From the NCBI GenBank assembly GCA_035356975.1, contig DAORGW010000001.1:4951-68950 (forward strand): 64,000 nucleotides of DNA. The letters run 5' to 3'. The position numbers were made by a program, and so were the translations under genes. Shown here piece by piece: positions 9,463 through 19,038 of this stretch. The DNA is from a bacterium. GTDB taxonomy: Bacteria; Patescibacteriota; Patescibacteriia; UBA1558; S5-K13. Numbering within the stretch: position 1 is the stretch's first letter; each line of letters starts with the position of its first letter. Under the pieces are notes generated by a model. It made no database searches. It saw only the letters and a list, made by a program, of their open reading frames with translations, and was not told where the DNA came from.

Positions 9463-10446
9463 TTAGTTTTTATCGATTATATTTTCAAAAAATTCATTCA
9501 TTATTTCTTTTTTTAACATTTCTCTAATTTGGATTCTGTTTTTTGTTTGTCCTAGAATCCAGGAGAGTTTTGCATTTAAACACTCTGGTGTAATATTGCT
9601 TATTGTTACAATTGTGTGTTTGAAAAAATCTTTTGCAAAACCAACTTGATTATAAAAGATTATAATTTTATTATTTTTCTGACCCAATTTATACAGCTCA
9701 ATTAATTTACTTCTTTCTGTGATTTGATTTTCCCACGCTTCAAAAATTATTGCATTTAGTCCATTGTCTTTTTCAAGTAATTCTTCTAAAATTTTTATTC
9801 CTGGAATTGTTTTGAAAAAAACAAAATGTCTATCAAATTTTGAATAATATTCGCTTTCTTTTAACTTGTGATTTTTATCTTCAATTGATAATCCAAAATC
9901 AATTCTTGCAATATATTGTTTATTTACGGAATCAAAAATATTTAATCCTAATAATTCTGTTCTTTTTAGTCTTGTTGGACATATTACTCTACTTCCATAA
10001 ATTACACTAACCCTATTTATTTTACTCTCAACCAATTGAAAGGCATTTATCAGGTTTGCTTTAAATGACATATCGGGAATAATTTGAGTTTGTTTTTCAA
10101 TCGTATTTGCACCTGTTATTATTATTGGTTTTTCGGGAGATTGAATTTGCCAGAAAATTGTGTTTGCAAGCATTGGGATGGAGTCAACATCATGAAGAAT
10201 TATAATTCCATCATACTTTGGAAGATTTTCGGAAATTGTTATAAGTAGCTCTGTTACGTTTTCTTTTGAAAGTAGGTCTTTATTTTTGTCTATAACAGTA
10301 TAGTCAATGTCAGCCATAATTGATAATTCTGGAATTAATTTTAGCCAATCATATATATCTTCGTATTTTTCTACAAATTTAAGGTCAGTCTTTTTATCAT
10401 AAAGACCAGATCCTCCGTAAAATATTAAAAATACTTTTTTCACCAC
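9463..10446 (-). CDS. Asparaginase-fold protein with degenerate catalytic residues (probable pseudo-asparaginase)
   Basis: YDGIIILHDVDSIPMLANTIFWQIQSPEKPIIITGAN aligns to the type I asparaginase YDGFVILHGTDTM....KPVIVTGSQ region. The N-terminal FYGGSG sits in place of the TGGTIG nucleophile motif, so both catalytic Thr appear lost. Confidence 0.45.
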   Translation of the reverse strand: MVKKVFLIFYGGSGLYDKKTDLKFVEKYEDIYDWLKLIPELSIMADIDYTVIDKNKDLLSKENVTELLITISENLPKYDGIIILHDVDSIPMLANTIFWQIQSPEKPIIITGANTIEKQTQIIPDMSFKANLINAFQLVESKINRVSVIYGSRVICPTRLKRTELLGLNIFDSVNKQYIARIDFGLSIEDKNHKLKESEYYSKFDRHFVFFKTIPGIKILEELLEKDNGLNAIIFEAWENQITERSKLIELYKLGQKNNKIIIFYNQVGFAKDFFKHTIVTISNITPECLNAKLSWILGQTKNRIQIREMLKKEIMNEFFENIIDKN

Positions 10447-10538
10447 CCTAAATATTAATTTTTAAAATGTACCTATATTTTTTTATTATTTATTTTCCCA
10501 CTTTTTGTGAAATATTAAATAAACGACAAACTTCATTA

Positions 10539-11222
10539 TTAGTCTTTTTTGAATAATAAATAGGCAATTGAGAAATTCATTATTAGTATAAATATGGGCC
10601 CCAACCAGAAAAATTTAAATATATTTATATGTATTAAATACCAATCAAAGTAAAATCCCAAAATAAAAGACACCATTGTTCCAAATATTACAATAAATAC
10701 TCTTTTTTTATTAATACCTTGTGAATTTATATATTTCATAACTAAAATATAATACGCATAGAAAAGCATTAATGAAAATAAAATCCCATATATTAAATGC
10801 AATGTTGAATCTGGTATATATGATATTTGATTATTTTCTATGTAGATGTTTGTAACCATTTGATCAGAAAATAAAATATAAAGAGTTATTATAGATAGAA
10901 TAAATAATAATGCTTTAAACACTATTAAAATTTTATTTTTTACTGTATATAAAAAATAAACTGAAAACATAAAAAAATTTATTAAAATTAGTGTGCCCGT
11001 TGCATATGTTAGATTACTCAAAATTTTATAAATACTATTATTTTTTATAACAGAAAGTCCAGCTATATTAATTGACCAAAAAAAAGCACTAATACACAAC
11101 AAGGAAAAATACCTTGAAAATTTTTCCCTACCGTTATTTTTTTTCATTATTATAAATCCGATAGCAATATTTATTGTTGCAGTTAAGAAGATTACCCCAA
11201 ACTTTAACCATTGTATATTCAT
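10539..11222 (-). CDS. Polytopic membrane protein, hypothetical
   Basis: About 6-7 hydrophobic segments and no recognisable soluble domain. Confidence 0.4.
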   Translation of the reverse strand: MNIQWLKFGVIFLTATINIAIGFIIMKKNNGREKFSRYFSLLCISAFFWSINIAGLSVIKNNSIYKILSNLTYATGTLILINFFMFSVYFLYTVKNKILIVFKALLFILSIITLYILFSDQMVTNIYIENNQISYIPDSTLHLIYGILFSLMLFYAYYILVMKYINSQGINKKRVFIVIFGTMVSFILGFYFDWYLIHINIFKFFWLGPIFILIMNFSIAYLLFKKD

Positions 11223-11340
11223 ATTTTTAGAATAAATTTTAAATCGCTTTTTATATTAAACCGACGGCGTATAAATGCAAGACGGCTTATATTTTTAATT
11301 TACTGCTAGTAAAATTTTTTGTCAAGAAATGTTAATAATA

Positions 11341-11366
11341 AAAATAAGGCTTCAATGAAGAGCCCT
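11341..11366 (-). terminator. Possible intrinsic terminator downstream of serA
   Basis: Minus-strand hairpin agggctcttc-attg-aagcctt (1-nt bulge) followed by a U-rich stretch. Confidence 0.3.
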
Positions 11367-11389
11367 ATTTTATTGTATTTAATAAGAAA

Positions 11390-12310
11390 TTATTTATTTA
11401 CTTGAAATGTTGTATCTCCTGACTCAAAAAATTTTACAATTTGATTTGCAGAAGCAAGTCCAGCATTTATGTTTGCCTCAGATGTTTCAGCTCCCATTTT
11501 TTGTGGACTTGCAAAAACACGGTTTCCAAATTTTTCTTTGAGTTCACTGTAGTTATCTCCTGCAATATCAGTTATATATTTTAGATCATTTCTTTCTTCT
11601 AGGATCCTCATTAATTCTTCATCATTTATAACTTCTTTTCTTGCCGTATTAATTATACAAGCACCATTTGGTAATTTTGATAATATTTCATAGTCAATTG
11701 ATTTTTTTGTCTCATCATTTGCAGGAATATGAAGCGATAAATAATCTGATTTACTATAAAGTTCATCTACTGAGTTTGCAAATGTTACACCATCTTTTTC
11801 CATTACATCTATTGAAACATTTTTATCATATGCAATTATGTTCATTTGAAATCCTTTTGCAATGCGAGCTACTATTTTTCCAATATTTCCATAAGCATGA
11901 ACCCCTAATGTTTTTCCTTTTAATTCAATTCCCGTTCCTGGTGTAAAACAGTTTCTTGACATATAAATCATAAATCCAATTGCAAGCTCTGCAACTGCAT
12001 TAGAGTTCTGTCCTGGTGTATTCATTGCTACAATATTTTTTTCATTGCATGCATTTAAATCTAAGTTATCATATCCAGCGCCAGCACGAACTACAATCTT
12101 TAGATTTTGTGCGTGACTAATAAGTTCTTTTGTAACTTTATCGCTTCTTACAATTAAAGCATCTGTATCAGAAATTGCAGTGTACAATTCTTCTGGGTTT
12201 GTATATTTTTCAAGAAGAGAAAATTCATGGCCGGCATCAATTATAATTTTTTTAATTCCATCTACTGCAATAGGAGCAAATGGTTTTTCTGTCGCTACTA
12301 ATATTTTCAT
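11390..12310 (-). CDS. serA: D-3-phosphoglycerate dehydrogenase / D-isomer 2-hydroxyacid dehydrogenase (short form lacking ACT)
   Basis: NAD-binding GVHAYGNIGKIVARIA motif and the 2-hydroxyacid dehydrogenase family pattern. Adjacent to serC. Confidence 0.7.
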   Translation of the reverse strand: MKILVATEKPFAPIAVDGIKKIIIDAGHEFSLLEKYTNPEELYTAISDTDALIVRSDKVTKELISHAQNLKIVVRAGAGYDNLDLNACNEKNIVAMNTPGQNSNAVAELAIGFMIYMSRNCFTPGTGIELKGKTLGVHAYGNIGKIVARIAKGFQMNIIAYDKNVSIDVMEKDGVTFANSVDELYSKSDYLSLHIPANDETKKSIDYEILSKLPNGACIINTARKEVINDEELMRILEERNDLKYITDIAGDNYSELKEKFGNRVFASPQKMGAETSEANINAGLASANQIVKFFESGDTTFQVNK

Positions 12311-12314
12311 ATGT

Positions 12315-13388
12315 TTATGTGTTTAATTTTTCAAATTCTTGCATTGTTTCAATTAATGCTTTTACACTCTCAAGAGGACACGCATTATATAGTGAAGCAC
12401 GGAAACCACCAACTGATCTGTGGCCCTTTATTCCCACCATTCCACGTTCAGTTGCAAATTTTAAGAATTCCTCTTCTTTTTCTTTGTATTCATCAGCCAC
12501 TACAAAACATATATTCATTATTGATCTATCTCCTATCTCGGCTGTACCTTTAAACATTTTGTTTCTGTCAATTTCATTGTATAGAAGCTCTGCCTTTTCT
12601 TTGTTGATTTTCTGTATTTTTTCTAGACCACCAATATCTTTTAACCATTTTAATGTTTCGTTCATTACGAAAATTGAAAATACTGGCGGTGTATTAAACA
12701 TAGAGCCATCTTTAATGTGTGTTCTGTAATCAATCATAGCCGGGAGATGTCTGCTTACTTTTCCGAGTATTTCTTCTTTGATAATAACAAAAGTAACACC
12801 AGCTGGACCAACATTTTTTTGTGCGCCACCGTATATCATTGCATATTTTGAAACATCAACCGGTCTGCTCATTATGTCAGATGACATATCAGCCACTAAA
12901 TTACATGGAACGTTCATATCCTCATGAATTTCTGTTCCATAAATTGTATTATTTGTTGTTATATGAAAATAATCTAAATCATCCGCTACTTCATATCCTT
13001 TTGGAATGTATGAAAAATTTTTGTCAACTGATGTTGCAACACATATTGTTTCTCCTATTCCACTGGCTTCTTTGAGGGCTTTTTTTGCCCACTCTCCTGT
13101 TTCTAAATATCCAGCTTTTTTTTCAAGTAGATTCATCGCCAAATAGCTAAATTGTGTACTTGCTCCCCCACCCAAGAATAAAATTTTATAATTATCGGGA
13201 ATGTTTAACAATTCTTTCCATAAATTTCTACATTCTTCCATAACAGTTTCCCATTCTTTTGAGCGATGAGAAATTTCTATTACAGACATACCTGTTCCGT
13301 TAAAATCTTCTAGTGCTTGAATGGTGGCTTTTATGGCTTGTTTTGGAAGCACTGCCGGTCCTGCATTAAAATTATGAGTTACTTTCAT
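12315..13388 (-). CDS. serC: Phosphoserine aminotransferase
   Basis: N-terminus [11 protein letters not shown] is the SerC hallmark. 357 aa. Confidence 0.9.
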   Translation of the reverse strand: MKVTHNFNAGPAVLPKQAIKATIQALEDFNGTGMSVIEISHRSKEWETVMEECRNLWKELLNIPDNYKILFLGGGASTQFSYLAMNLLEKKAGYLETGEWAKKALKEASGIGETICVATSVDKNFSYIPKGYEVADDLDYFHITTNNTIYGTEIHEDMNVPCNLVADMSSDIMSRPVDVSKYAMIYGGAQKNVGPAGVTFVIIKEEILGKVSRHLPAMIDYRTHIKDGSMFNTPPVFSIFVMNETLKWLKDIGGLEKIQKINKEKAELLYNEIDRNKMFKGTAEIGDRSIMNICFVVADEYKEKEEEFLKFATERGMVGIKGHRSVGGFRASLYNACPLESVKALIETMQEFEKLNT

Positions 13389-13490
13389 AAATTTTTTTTA
13401 TTTTTTAATTTTTATAAATTTTTAATCGCCTTTATTTTATTATTTATAGATTTTATTGTCAATAATATTTGTTTTCCGATTAACTTTAAA

Positions 13491-13506
13491 ATGGTATAAT
13501 AATCAT
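13491..13506 (+). promoter_or_regulatory. Extended -10 element (TGgTATAAT) ending about 6 nt before the radical-SAM ATG. The mRNA may be leaderless.
   Basis: aaaatggtataataatcATATG. No Shine-Dalgarno between the -10 and the ATG. Confidence 0.3.
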
Positions 13507-14532
13507 ATGCAAGAAGCATTATTATATAAAAAAAATAAAGATAAAAGCGTAAATTGTGAACTTTGTTTTCATTTTTGTAAAATCAGTGAATCTTGTACTG
13601 GAATTTGTGGAGTGAGGAGAAATATTGAAGGAAAATTGTATTCTTTAAATTACAATAAAATAATCGCAAAAAATATTGATCCAATTGAAAAAAAACCTTT
13701 TTTTCATTTTTTGCCAGGAACTTTATCATATTCAATCTCTGCAATTGGATGTAATTTTGAATGTTTAAATTGTCAGAATTGGCAAATCTCTCAAATCCAA
13801 AAAATTGAGAAATTGGACAATGAATTTCCAGGTGAATTAATAAAACCACAACAAATTCTTCAAGAAGCTATTAAATCAAACAGTGGTTCAATCGCATATA
13901 CTTATACTGAACCAACAGTTTTTTTAGAAACAGCGCTTCCGATAATGAAATTGGCTAAAGATAGTAATTTAAAAAATATCTGGGTTTCAAATGGATTTAT
14001 GAGTAAAAAATGTATTGATTTAATAATACCCCATCTTGATGCAATAAATATTGATTTAAAATTTTTTAATGATGAGAAATATAATAAAATAGCAAAAGCA
14101 AAACTAGATCCGATTTTAGAAAATTTAATTTATTTAAAAAAGAAAAAAGTTTTTATTGAAATTACAACACTTATTATTCCAGACGAAACAAATACACTAA
14201 ATCAAATTGAACAGATTGCAAAATTTATAAAAGAAAATTTAGGGGTAGATACTCCGTGGCATGTTTCAAGATTTTCCCCAGAAATTTCATATAAGCTATT
14301 GTCAAAATCCTCAACATCGTCAGAAGAATTAGAAAGTGTATATAAAATTGCTAAAAAAGTCGGATTAAATTATATTTATATTGGCAATATTGCAACAGAT
14401 TTGCGAGAAAATACTTATTGTCCTGAGTGTGAAATTTTAAATATAGAACGTCAGGGTTACATAATTTCAAGAAGTGATAAAAATGGACATTGTCAAAATT
14501 GTAATTATTATTTAAATATTATAGATAAGTAA
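13507..14532 (+). CDS. Radical SAM enzyme of the AmmeMemoRadiSam-system type (PFL-activase-like)
   Basis: MQEALLYKKNKDKSVNCELCFHFCKISESCTGICGVRRNIEGKLYSL followed by CNFECLNCQNW (CxxxCxxC). This matches the characteristic N-terminus of that family. The track ORF starts at 13456, but the family alignment suggests M18 (13507). Confidence 0.75.
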   Translation: MQEALLYKKNKDKSVNCELCFHFCKISESCTGICGVRRNIEGKLYSLNYNKIIAKNIDPIEKKPFFHFLPGTLSYSISAIGCNFECLNCQNWQISQIQKIEKLDNEFPGELIKPQQILQEAIKSNSGSIAYTYTEPTVFLETALPIMKLAKDSNLKNIWVSNGFMSKKCIDLIIPHLDAINIDLKFFNDEKYNKIAKAKLDPILENLIYLKKKKVFIEITTLIIPDETNTLNQIEQIAKFIKENLGVDTPWHVSRFSPEISYKLLSKSSTSSEELESVYKIAKKVGLNYIYIGNIATDLRENTYCPECEILNIERQGYIISRSDKNGHCQNCNYYLNIIDK

Positions 14533-14533
14533 A

Positions 14534-15955
14534 ATGAAGAAATTTCTATTAATTGTATTAATTGTTTTTACTTTTTGTATAATAAAAACATCTTCACAGG
14601 AATATGATTCTTTGTTTAATCCTAGTTTTATTATTTCTGATTATGAATTGGAAGATTATTCTTCAATGAATGTTTATGATATACAAGCTTTTTTAAATAG
14701 ACAAGCAGGACAATTAAAAAATTATATTACCAAAGATCCAGATAGTGGAAGATTGATTTCAGCGGCTGAAATAATTTACAACGCATCTCAAAAATATAAA
14801 ATTAATCCAAAGTATTTAATTGTTTTGCTTCAAAAAGAACAAAGTTTAATTACAGATCCAAATCCAACACAAAAACAATTTGATTGGGCAATGGGTTTTG
14901 CTATTTGTGATAGCTGTGCCATGAATGATCCAGCTTTGCAAAAATATAAAGGATTTTATAATCAGGTTTTTTATGCCGCACAAAGGAACAGATTTTATAT
15001 TGAAAATAAAGATCTTTTTTGGTTATTTCAAGTGGGTAGAGAATATAATATTGACGGAATAAAAATAAGTCCAATAAATCAAGCAACTGTTAATTTGTAT
15101 AATTATACCCCACACTACAATGGGAATTATAATTTTTGGAAAATTTGGCAGAAGTGGTTTACAAAAAAATATCCAAATGGTTCTATAATAAAAGCACACG
15201 GTTCTCCCGGTGTATGGATAATTGAAGAAGGCTATAAAAAACCATTTATAACGTGGTCGTCATTTATAAGTAGATATAAAAAATCTGATATAATTGATGT
15301 TTCATATAGTGATTTAGAAAAATATCCAATTGGTGATCCTATAAAATTTGAAAATTATTCATATCTTCGAACACCAGACGGAAGTTTCTATATGGTTGAT
15401 AATGATAAGTTAAGAAAATTTGAAACACGTGAAACCGCTAGATATTTTGGAGTCAATCCTGAAGAAGCTATAAATGTGTCTATCGATGATATTAATTACT
15501 ATCCAAAAGGAGAGAACATAACACTAAATAGTTTATATCCAAATGGAATTATTTTACAAAATATAAAAGATCAGCGGATTTATTATGTAAAAGATGGTAA
15601 AAAATCTTTAATATTAAACAATGATCTTTTAAAGATAAATTATCCAAATCAAGCAATAACAAAAGTAAGTGATGATGAAATTGATAAACTAGAGTCTGCT
15701 GACAATGTAATTATAAGGGATGGAGTTTTGGTAAAGTCACATAACAATAATGCAGTTTATTTTATATCAGATGGATTTAGAAAGCCCATTTTAAGTGAGG
15801 ATATATTTGAAAAATTAGGTTTTTCATGGGGAGATATAATTAGTATATCTGATAATATTTTAAATTTAAATAAATTGGGTGATGCAATAACAATTATCCA
15901 AGAAAATATAAACGAAAATGAACTTTTGCCAACACAAGAGTCTCATCCACTATAA
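14534..15955 (+). CDS. Secreted protein, hypothetical. Signal peptide, then a N-terminal domain with faint lysozyme/glucosaminidase-like resemblance and four repeats of about 22 aa.
   Basis: MKKFLLIVLIVFTFCIIKTSSQ signal. Repeats include GVWIIEEGYKKPF, SFYMVDNDKLRKF, RIYYVKDGKKSLI and AVYFISDGFRKPI. Starts 2 bp after the radical SAM stop. Confidence 0.5.
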   Translation: MKKFLLIVLIVFTFCIIKTSSQEYDSLFNPSFIISDYELEDYSSMNVYDIQAFLNRQAGQLKNYITKDPDSGRLISAAEIIYNASQKYKINPKYLIVLLQKEQSLITDPNPTQKQFDWAMGFAICDSCAMNDPALQKYKGFYNQVFYAAQRNRFYIENKDLFWLFQVGREYNIDGIKISPINQATVNLYNYTPHYNGNYNFWKIWQKWFTKKYPNGSIIKAHGSPGVWIIEEGYKKPFITWSSFISRYKKSDIIDVSYSDLEKYPIGDPIKFENYSYLRTPDGSFYMVDNDKLRKFETRETARYFGVNPEEAINVSIDDINYYPKGENITLNSLYPNGIILQNIKDQRIYYVKDGKKSLILNNDLLKINYPNQAITKVSDDEIDKLESADNVIIRDGVLVKSHNNNAVYFISDGFRKPILSEDIFEKLGFSWGDIISISDNILNLNKLGDAITIIQENINENELLPTQESHPL

Positions 15956-15960
15956 AAAAT

Positions 15961-16773
15961 ATGAAAGAAATTTATACAATTTTTTCACCACACAATCCTC
16001 TACTTATTTCTAAAATAGGTAAAGAGCACTCTGATAAGCTGAAAAAAACAATTACAGTATGGAAATATATAAGACAAAAAATTTACAGCATTGATCCTCA
16101 AAAAATTATTATAATAATGCCTGAATATAATAAGTTCAATAATATTTCCATAAATCAATGTGAGACATATAAAATAAATTTTAAAGAATTTGGTGATTTA
16201 TCTATTGAATTTGAGGTAAGAGGTGATTTAGATTTCTCAACTAGATTAAAATATTTTTTACGAAAAAATGATTTTCCTGTTTCTGTTTTTTCAGATACAG
16301 AAATAAATTATAAATCATTTGTTCCTTTGTATTATTTAAATAAATATCACACATCTTCTAAGGGCTTTGAAAAGGATATGAAGCACGAAGAAACAAATAC
16401 AGAGTTCGTTGTTATTAATTGTTCCCTAGGTGACACATCACAACACCTAAGATTTGGAGAATTATTATCAGATTTTATGGAAGAGACTAACGAGAGAATT
16501 GTTTTAATAGCTTGTGGAGATTTTGCTAAAGAAATAAAAGAAGAAAATATTTCAGAAGTAGATAGTTTATTACAAATTTTTATTGATTCTATCAAAAAGA
16601 GAAAATATGATAATATTTTTGATCATTATGAAAAATTTAAAAATGGAAACTACATGAGTCTTAAACCATTTGCTGTAATTTCACATAATTTATCTCACCA
16701 AAAATCAATACCAAAAATTTTATCACTCGACAGAGAGTTTAATGAAATTTATTTAACTTGTGAGTTCGAATAA
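15961..16773 (+). CDS. Hypothetical protein, weakly Memo/LigB-superfamily-like (possible AmmeMemoRadiSam protein-B homolog)
   Basis: IFSPHNPL resembles Memo IIAPHAGY, and IACGDFAKE resembles Memo SSDFCHWG. Several metal-ligand His residues appear absent. The match is weak. Confidence 0.3.
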   Translation: MKEIYTIFSPHNPLLISKIGKEHSDKLKKTITVWKYIRQKIYSIDPQKIIIIMPEYNKFNNISINQCETYKINFKEFGDLSIEFEVRGDLDFSTRLKYFLRKNDFPVSVFSDTEINYKSFVPLYYLNKYHTSSKGFEKDMKHEETNTEFVVINCSLGDTSQHLRFGELLSDFMEETNERIVLIACGDFAKEIKEENISEVDSLLQIFIDSIKKRKYDNIFDHYEKFKNGNYMSLKPFAVISHNLSHQKSIPKILSLDREFNEIYLTCEFE

Positions 16774-17591
16774 TTTTTAGAGCTGGGACAATTTTTTGGA
16801 AATTTAATGCCCCAATATTTTTTTGTATAATAAAGCCAGCTTTTTATATGAATTCGTGACAATTTATTTGTAAATATTGAAATAAATATATTTTTGTCAG
16901 CAGACATTTTTTGATGCAGATGAATTGCGCTTACTTCACCCGTATAATAAACGCTATATCCAGCACCCCAGACTCTGCGACATATATCCATATCATCTAA
17001 ATACATAAATATTTTTTCATCATATCCATTTATTTTATCAAAAACCTCTTTTTTTATCATAAAACAAGCGCCCTGCAACCAATCAACTTCAAAATTTTTT
17101 GTTCTGTCTTTATCTCTGAGTAAAAATTTATAAAGCCATTTTTGTCCTATTTTTGTTTCTCCTAAAAATGTTCTTCTAAATAATGGATAATAAATATCTG
17201 GAAAATTAAAGCTGGTTTCTTGTGTGGAACCATCTGCATTTATAAGGCGTGGGCCAATGATTCCAATGTCATTATTTAATTTTAGCGTTTCGCAAAGTTT
17301 TTCTATTGTAGATTGTTCTATTCTTATATCAGGATTCAATATCATTATATATTTTCCACCGCATTGTTTTACTGCTAAATTGTTTGCAGCACAAAGCCCT
17401 ATATTTTTTCCTGTTTGAATAAATTTAACATTAGGAAATTCTTTTACAATTTCTTGTATGTCATCCTGAGAATTATTATCAATAACAATAATTTCTGTAT
17501 CAAATTGAAAATTATAATTAGCCAATTTTTTTAACTGATATTTTATAAGTTTTGACGATTTATAGTTTAAAATTATTATTGATAAATCCAT
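16749..17591 (-). CDS. Glycosyltransferase family 2
   Basis: LSIIILNYKS...IIVIDNNSQD and a DxD-type region. Confidence 0.8.
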   Translation of the reverse strand: MDLSIIILNYKSSKLIKYQLKKLANYNFQFDTEIIVIDNNSQDDIQEIVKEFPNVKFIQTGKNIGLCAANNLAVKQCGGKYIMILNPDIRIEQSTIEKLCETLKLNNDIGIIGPRLINADGSTQETSFNFPDIYYPLFRRTFLGETKIGQKWLYKFLLRDKDRTKNFEVDWLQGACFMIKKEVFDKINGYDEKIFMYLDDMDICRRVWGAGYSVYYTGEVSAIHLHQKMSADKNIFISIFTNKLSRIHIKSWLYYTKKYWGIKFPKNCPSSKNYSNSQVK

Positions 17592-17596
17592 AGATT

Positions 17597-18613
17597 TTAT
17601 TTATACCAATTATACAATTCCTCGCTTTTAATATTTACTATGTTTTTAAATATATATTTTCTTTTTTGAAATATTTTTGAAATCAATTTTAAATTTTTAA
17701 AAAAGAAAGCAAGGGTTTTTGTCTCGAAAAATAATATATAAATAAATTTTTTAAATTCATAAATAAATAAATGAAAAAAACATTTTATAAAATTTGCGCA
17801 AAATTCATTTTTTATTAAAAGGTAAATATGATTTCTATATGAATATTCATTTACCCAAGAAGATCTATTTTTTCTATTTTTTATTGTATTTGTTCCCTTT
17901 TTTATAGATCTATCGTGATAAGCAATTACGTTTGGTAAAAAATAGCATTTATAGCCAGCTAGTTTCATACGAAATGCTAGATCAACATCTTCTTTGTAGG
18001 TAAAAAAATCTTCGTCAAAATATTCATTATTTATTTTTATGCTTTCAAGTGCCTTTTTAGAATATATGGGACACGCAGCTGATGTTCCAAAAACTTCTTT
18101 TACCTGATTGAATTCATTATTATTTTCTTCTAATTGTCCGATGTCTATAACTTTGTGATTTTTAAACACTTCAAATCCACAAGTATCAATTATATTTGTT
18201 TTCCCATATTTGTCTGCATTATATGGATCTTCATTATTAAATTCCCAATGAAATAATTTAGGAGCAATTACACCTATTTGATTTTTATTTTTATTATTAT
18301 CCAAGAAATTAAAAGCATTTTCTAAAAAATTAGGCTCCATTATTATATCTTGATTTAAGCACAATATATAATCAGATTTAGCCCAGGCAAATAATTTATT
18401 ATGAGCTGGTGCAAAGCCAATATTTTCTTTATTTTTAAATATTTTAAATTGCGGAAAGTTGTGTTCAATAATTTCAATTGTACTGTCATTTGAATTATTA
18501 TCAAAAATATTTACCTCATAATTTTTAAATGTTTGTTGTAATATAGAATTAATACAATGTTTAATGTATTTTTCTCCGTTCCACGTAACTAAATTTATGC
18601 TTATTCTAGACAT
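17597..18613 (-). CDS. Glycosyltransferase family 2
   Basis: ISINLVTWNGEKYIKHCINSILQQTFKNYEVNIFDNNSNDST. Confidence 0.8.
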   Translation of the reverse strand: MSRISINLVTWNGEKYIKHCINSILQQTFKNYEVNIFDNNSNDSTIEIIEHNFPQFKIFKNKENIGFAPAHNKLFAWAKSDYILCLNQDIIMEPNFLENAFNFLDNNKNKNQIGVIAPKLFHWEFNNEDPYNADKYGKTNIIDTCGFEVFKNHKVIDIGQLEENNNEFNQVKEVFGTSAACPIYSKKALESIKINNEYFDEDFFTYKEDVDLAFRMKLAGYKCYFLPNVIAYHDRSIKKGTNTIKNRKNRSSWVNEYSYRNHIYLLIKNEFCANFIKCFFHLFIYEFKKFIYILFFETKTLAFFFKNLKLISKIFQKRKYIFKNIVNIKSEELYNWYK

Positions 18614-18911
18614 ATAAATTTTTTATTTCTTCATAAAGATCTTTCCATTTAGGATTTTCTTTCCTAATTAGGCTAATTTTTTTCTCTCTTCTCCATCTTT
18701 TGATTTGTTTTTCTCTTTCTATCATCGCATATACATCGTTATCACTTTCAAAATATACTAATTTTTTGCATTTGTATTTTTGTGTAAATCCAGAAATTTT
18801 TCCAGATTTATGCTCTAATACTCTTCTAAAAATATCATTTGTGAAACCAACATACAATACTCCACTACGACTAGCCATAATATAAACAAAGTAATATTTT
18901 TCATACTTCAT
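18606..18911 (-). CDS. GIY-YIG nuclease superfamily protein (UPF0213-like)
   Basis: YFVYIMASRSGVLYVGFTNDIFRRVLEHKSG is the GIY-YIG motif. 101 aa. Overlaps the start of the GT2 gene by 8 bp. Confidence 0.8.
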   Translation of the reverse strand: MKYEKYYFVYIMASRSGVLYVGFTNDIFRRVLEHKSGKISGFTQKYKCKKLVYFESDNDVYAMIEREKQIKRWRREKKISLIRKENPKWKDLYEEIKNLYV

Positions 18912-18938
18912 AAATGCTTTTCTTATTTTTTATTCTTT

Positions 18939-19035
18939 GTCATTTCGACCGAATCCCGCATAGCGGGATGAGCGGAGAAATCTTGCTAGATCTCTCGACT
19001 CCGTCCCGATCAGCGGGACTGCGCTCGAGATGACA
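18939..19035. repeat. Hairpin-rich MITE-like element with TTGTCAT terminal inverted repeats (variant copy)
   Basis: tgtcatttcgaccgaatcccgcatagcgggat....cccgatcagcgggactgcgctcgagatgaca. The ends are an inverted repeat, and there are internal hairpins cccgc-ata-gcggg and cccg-atcag-cggg. Confidence 0.5.
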
Positions 19036-19038
19036 ATT

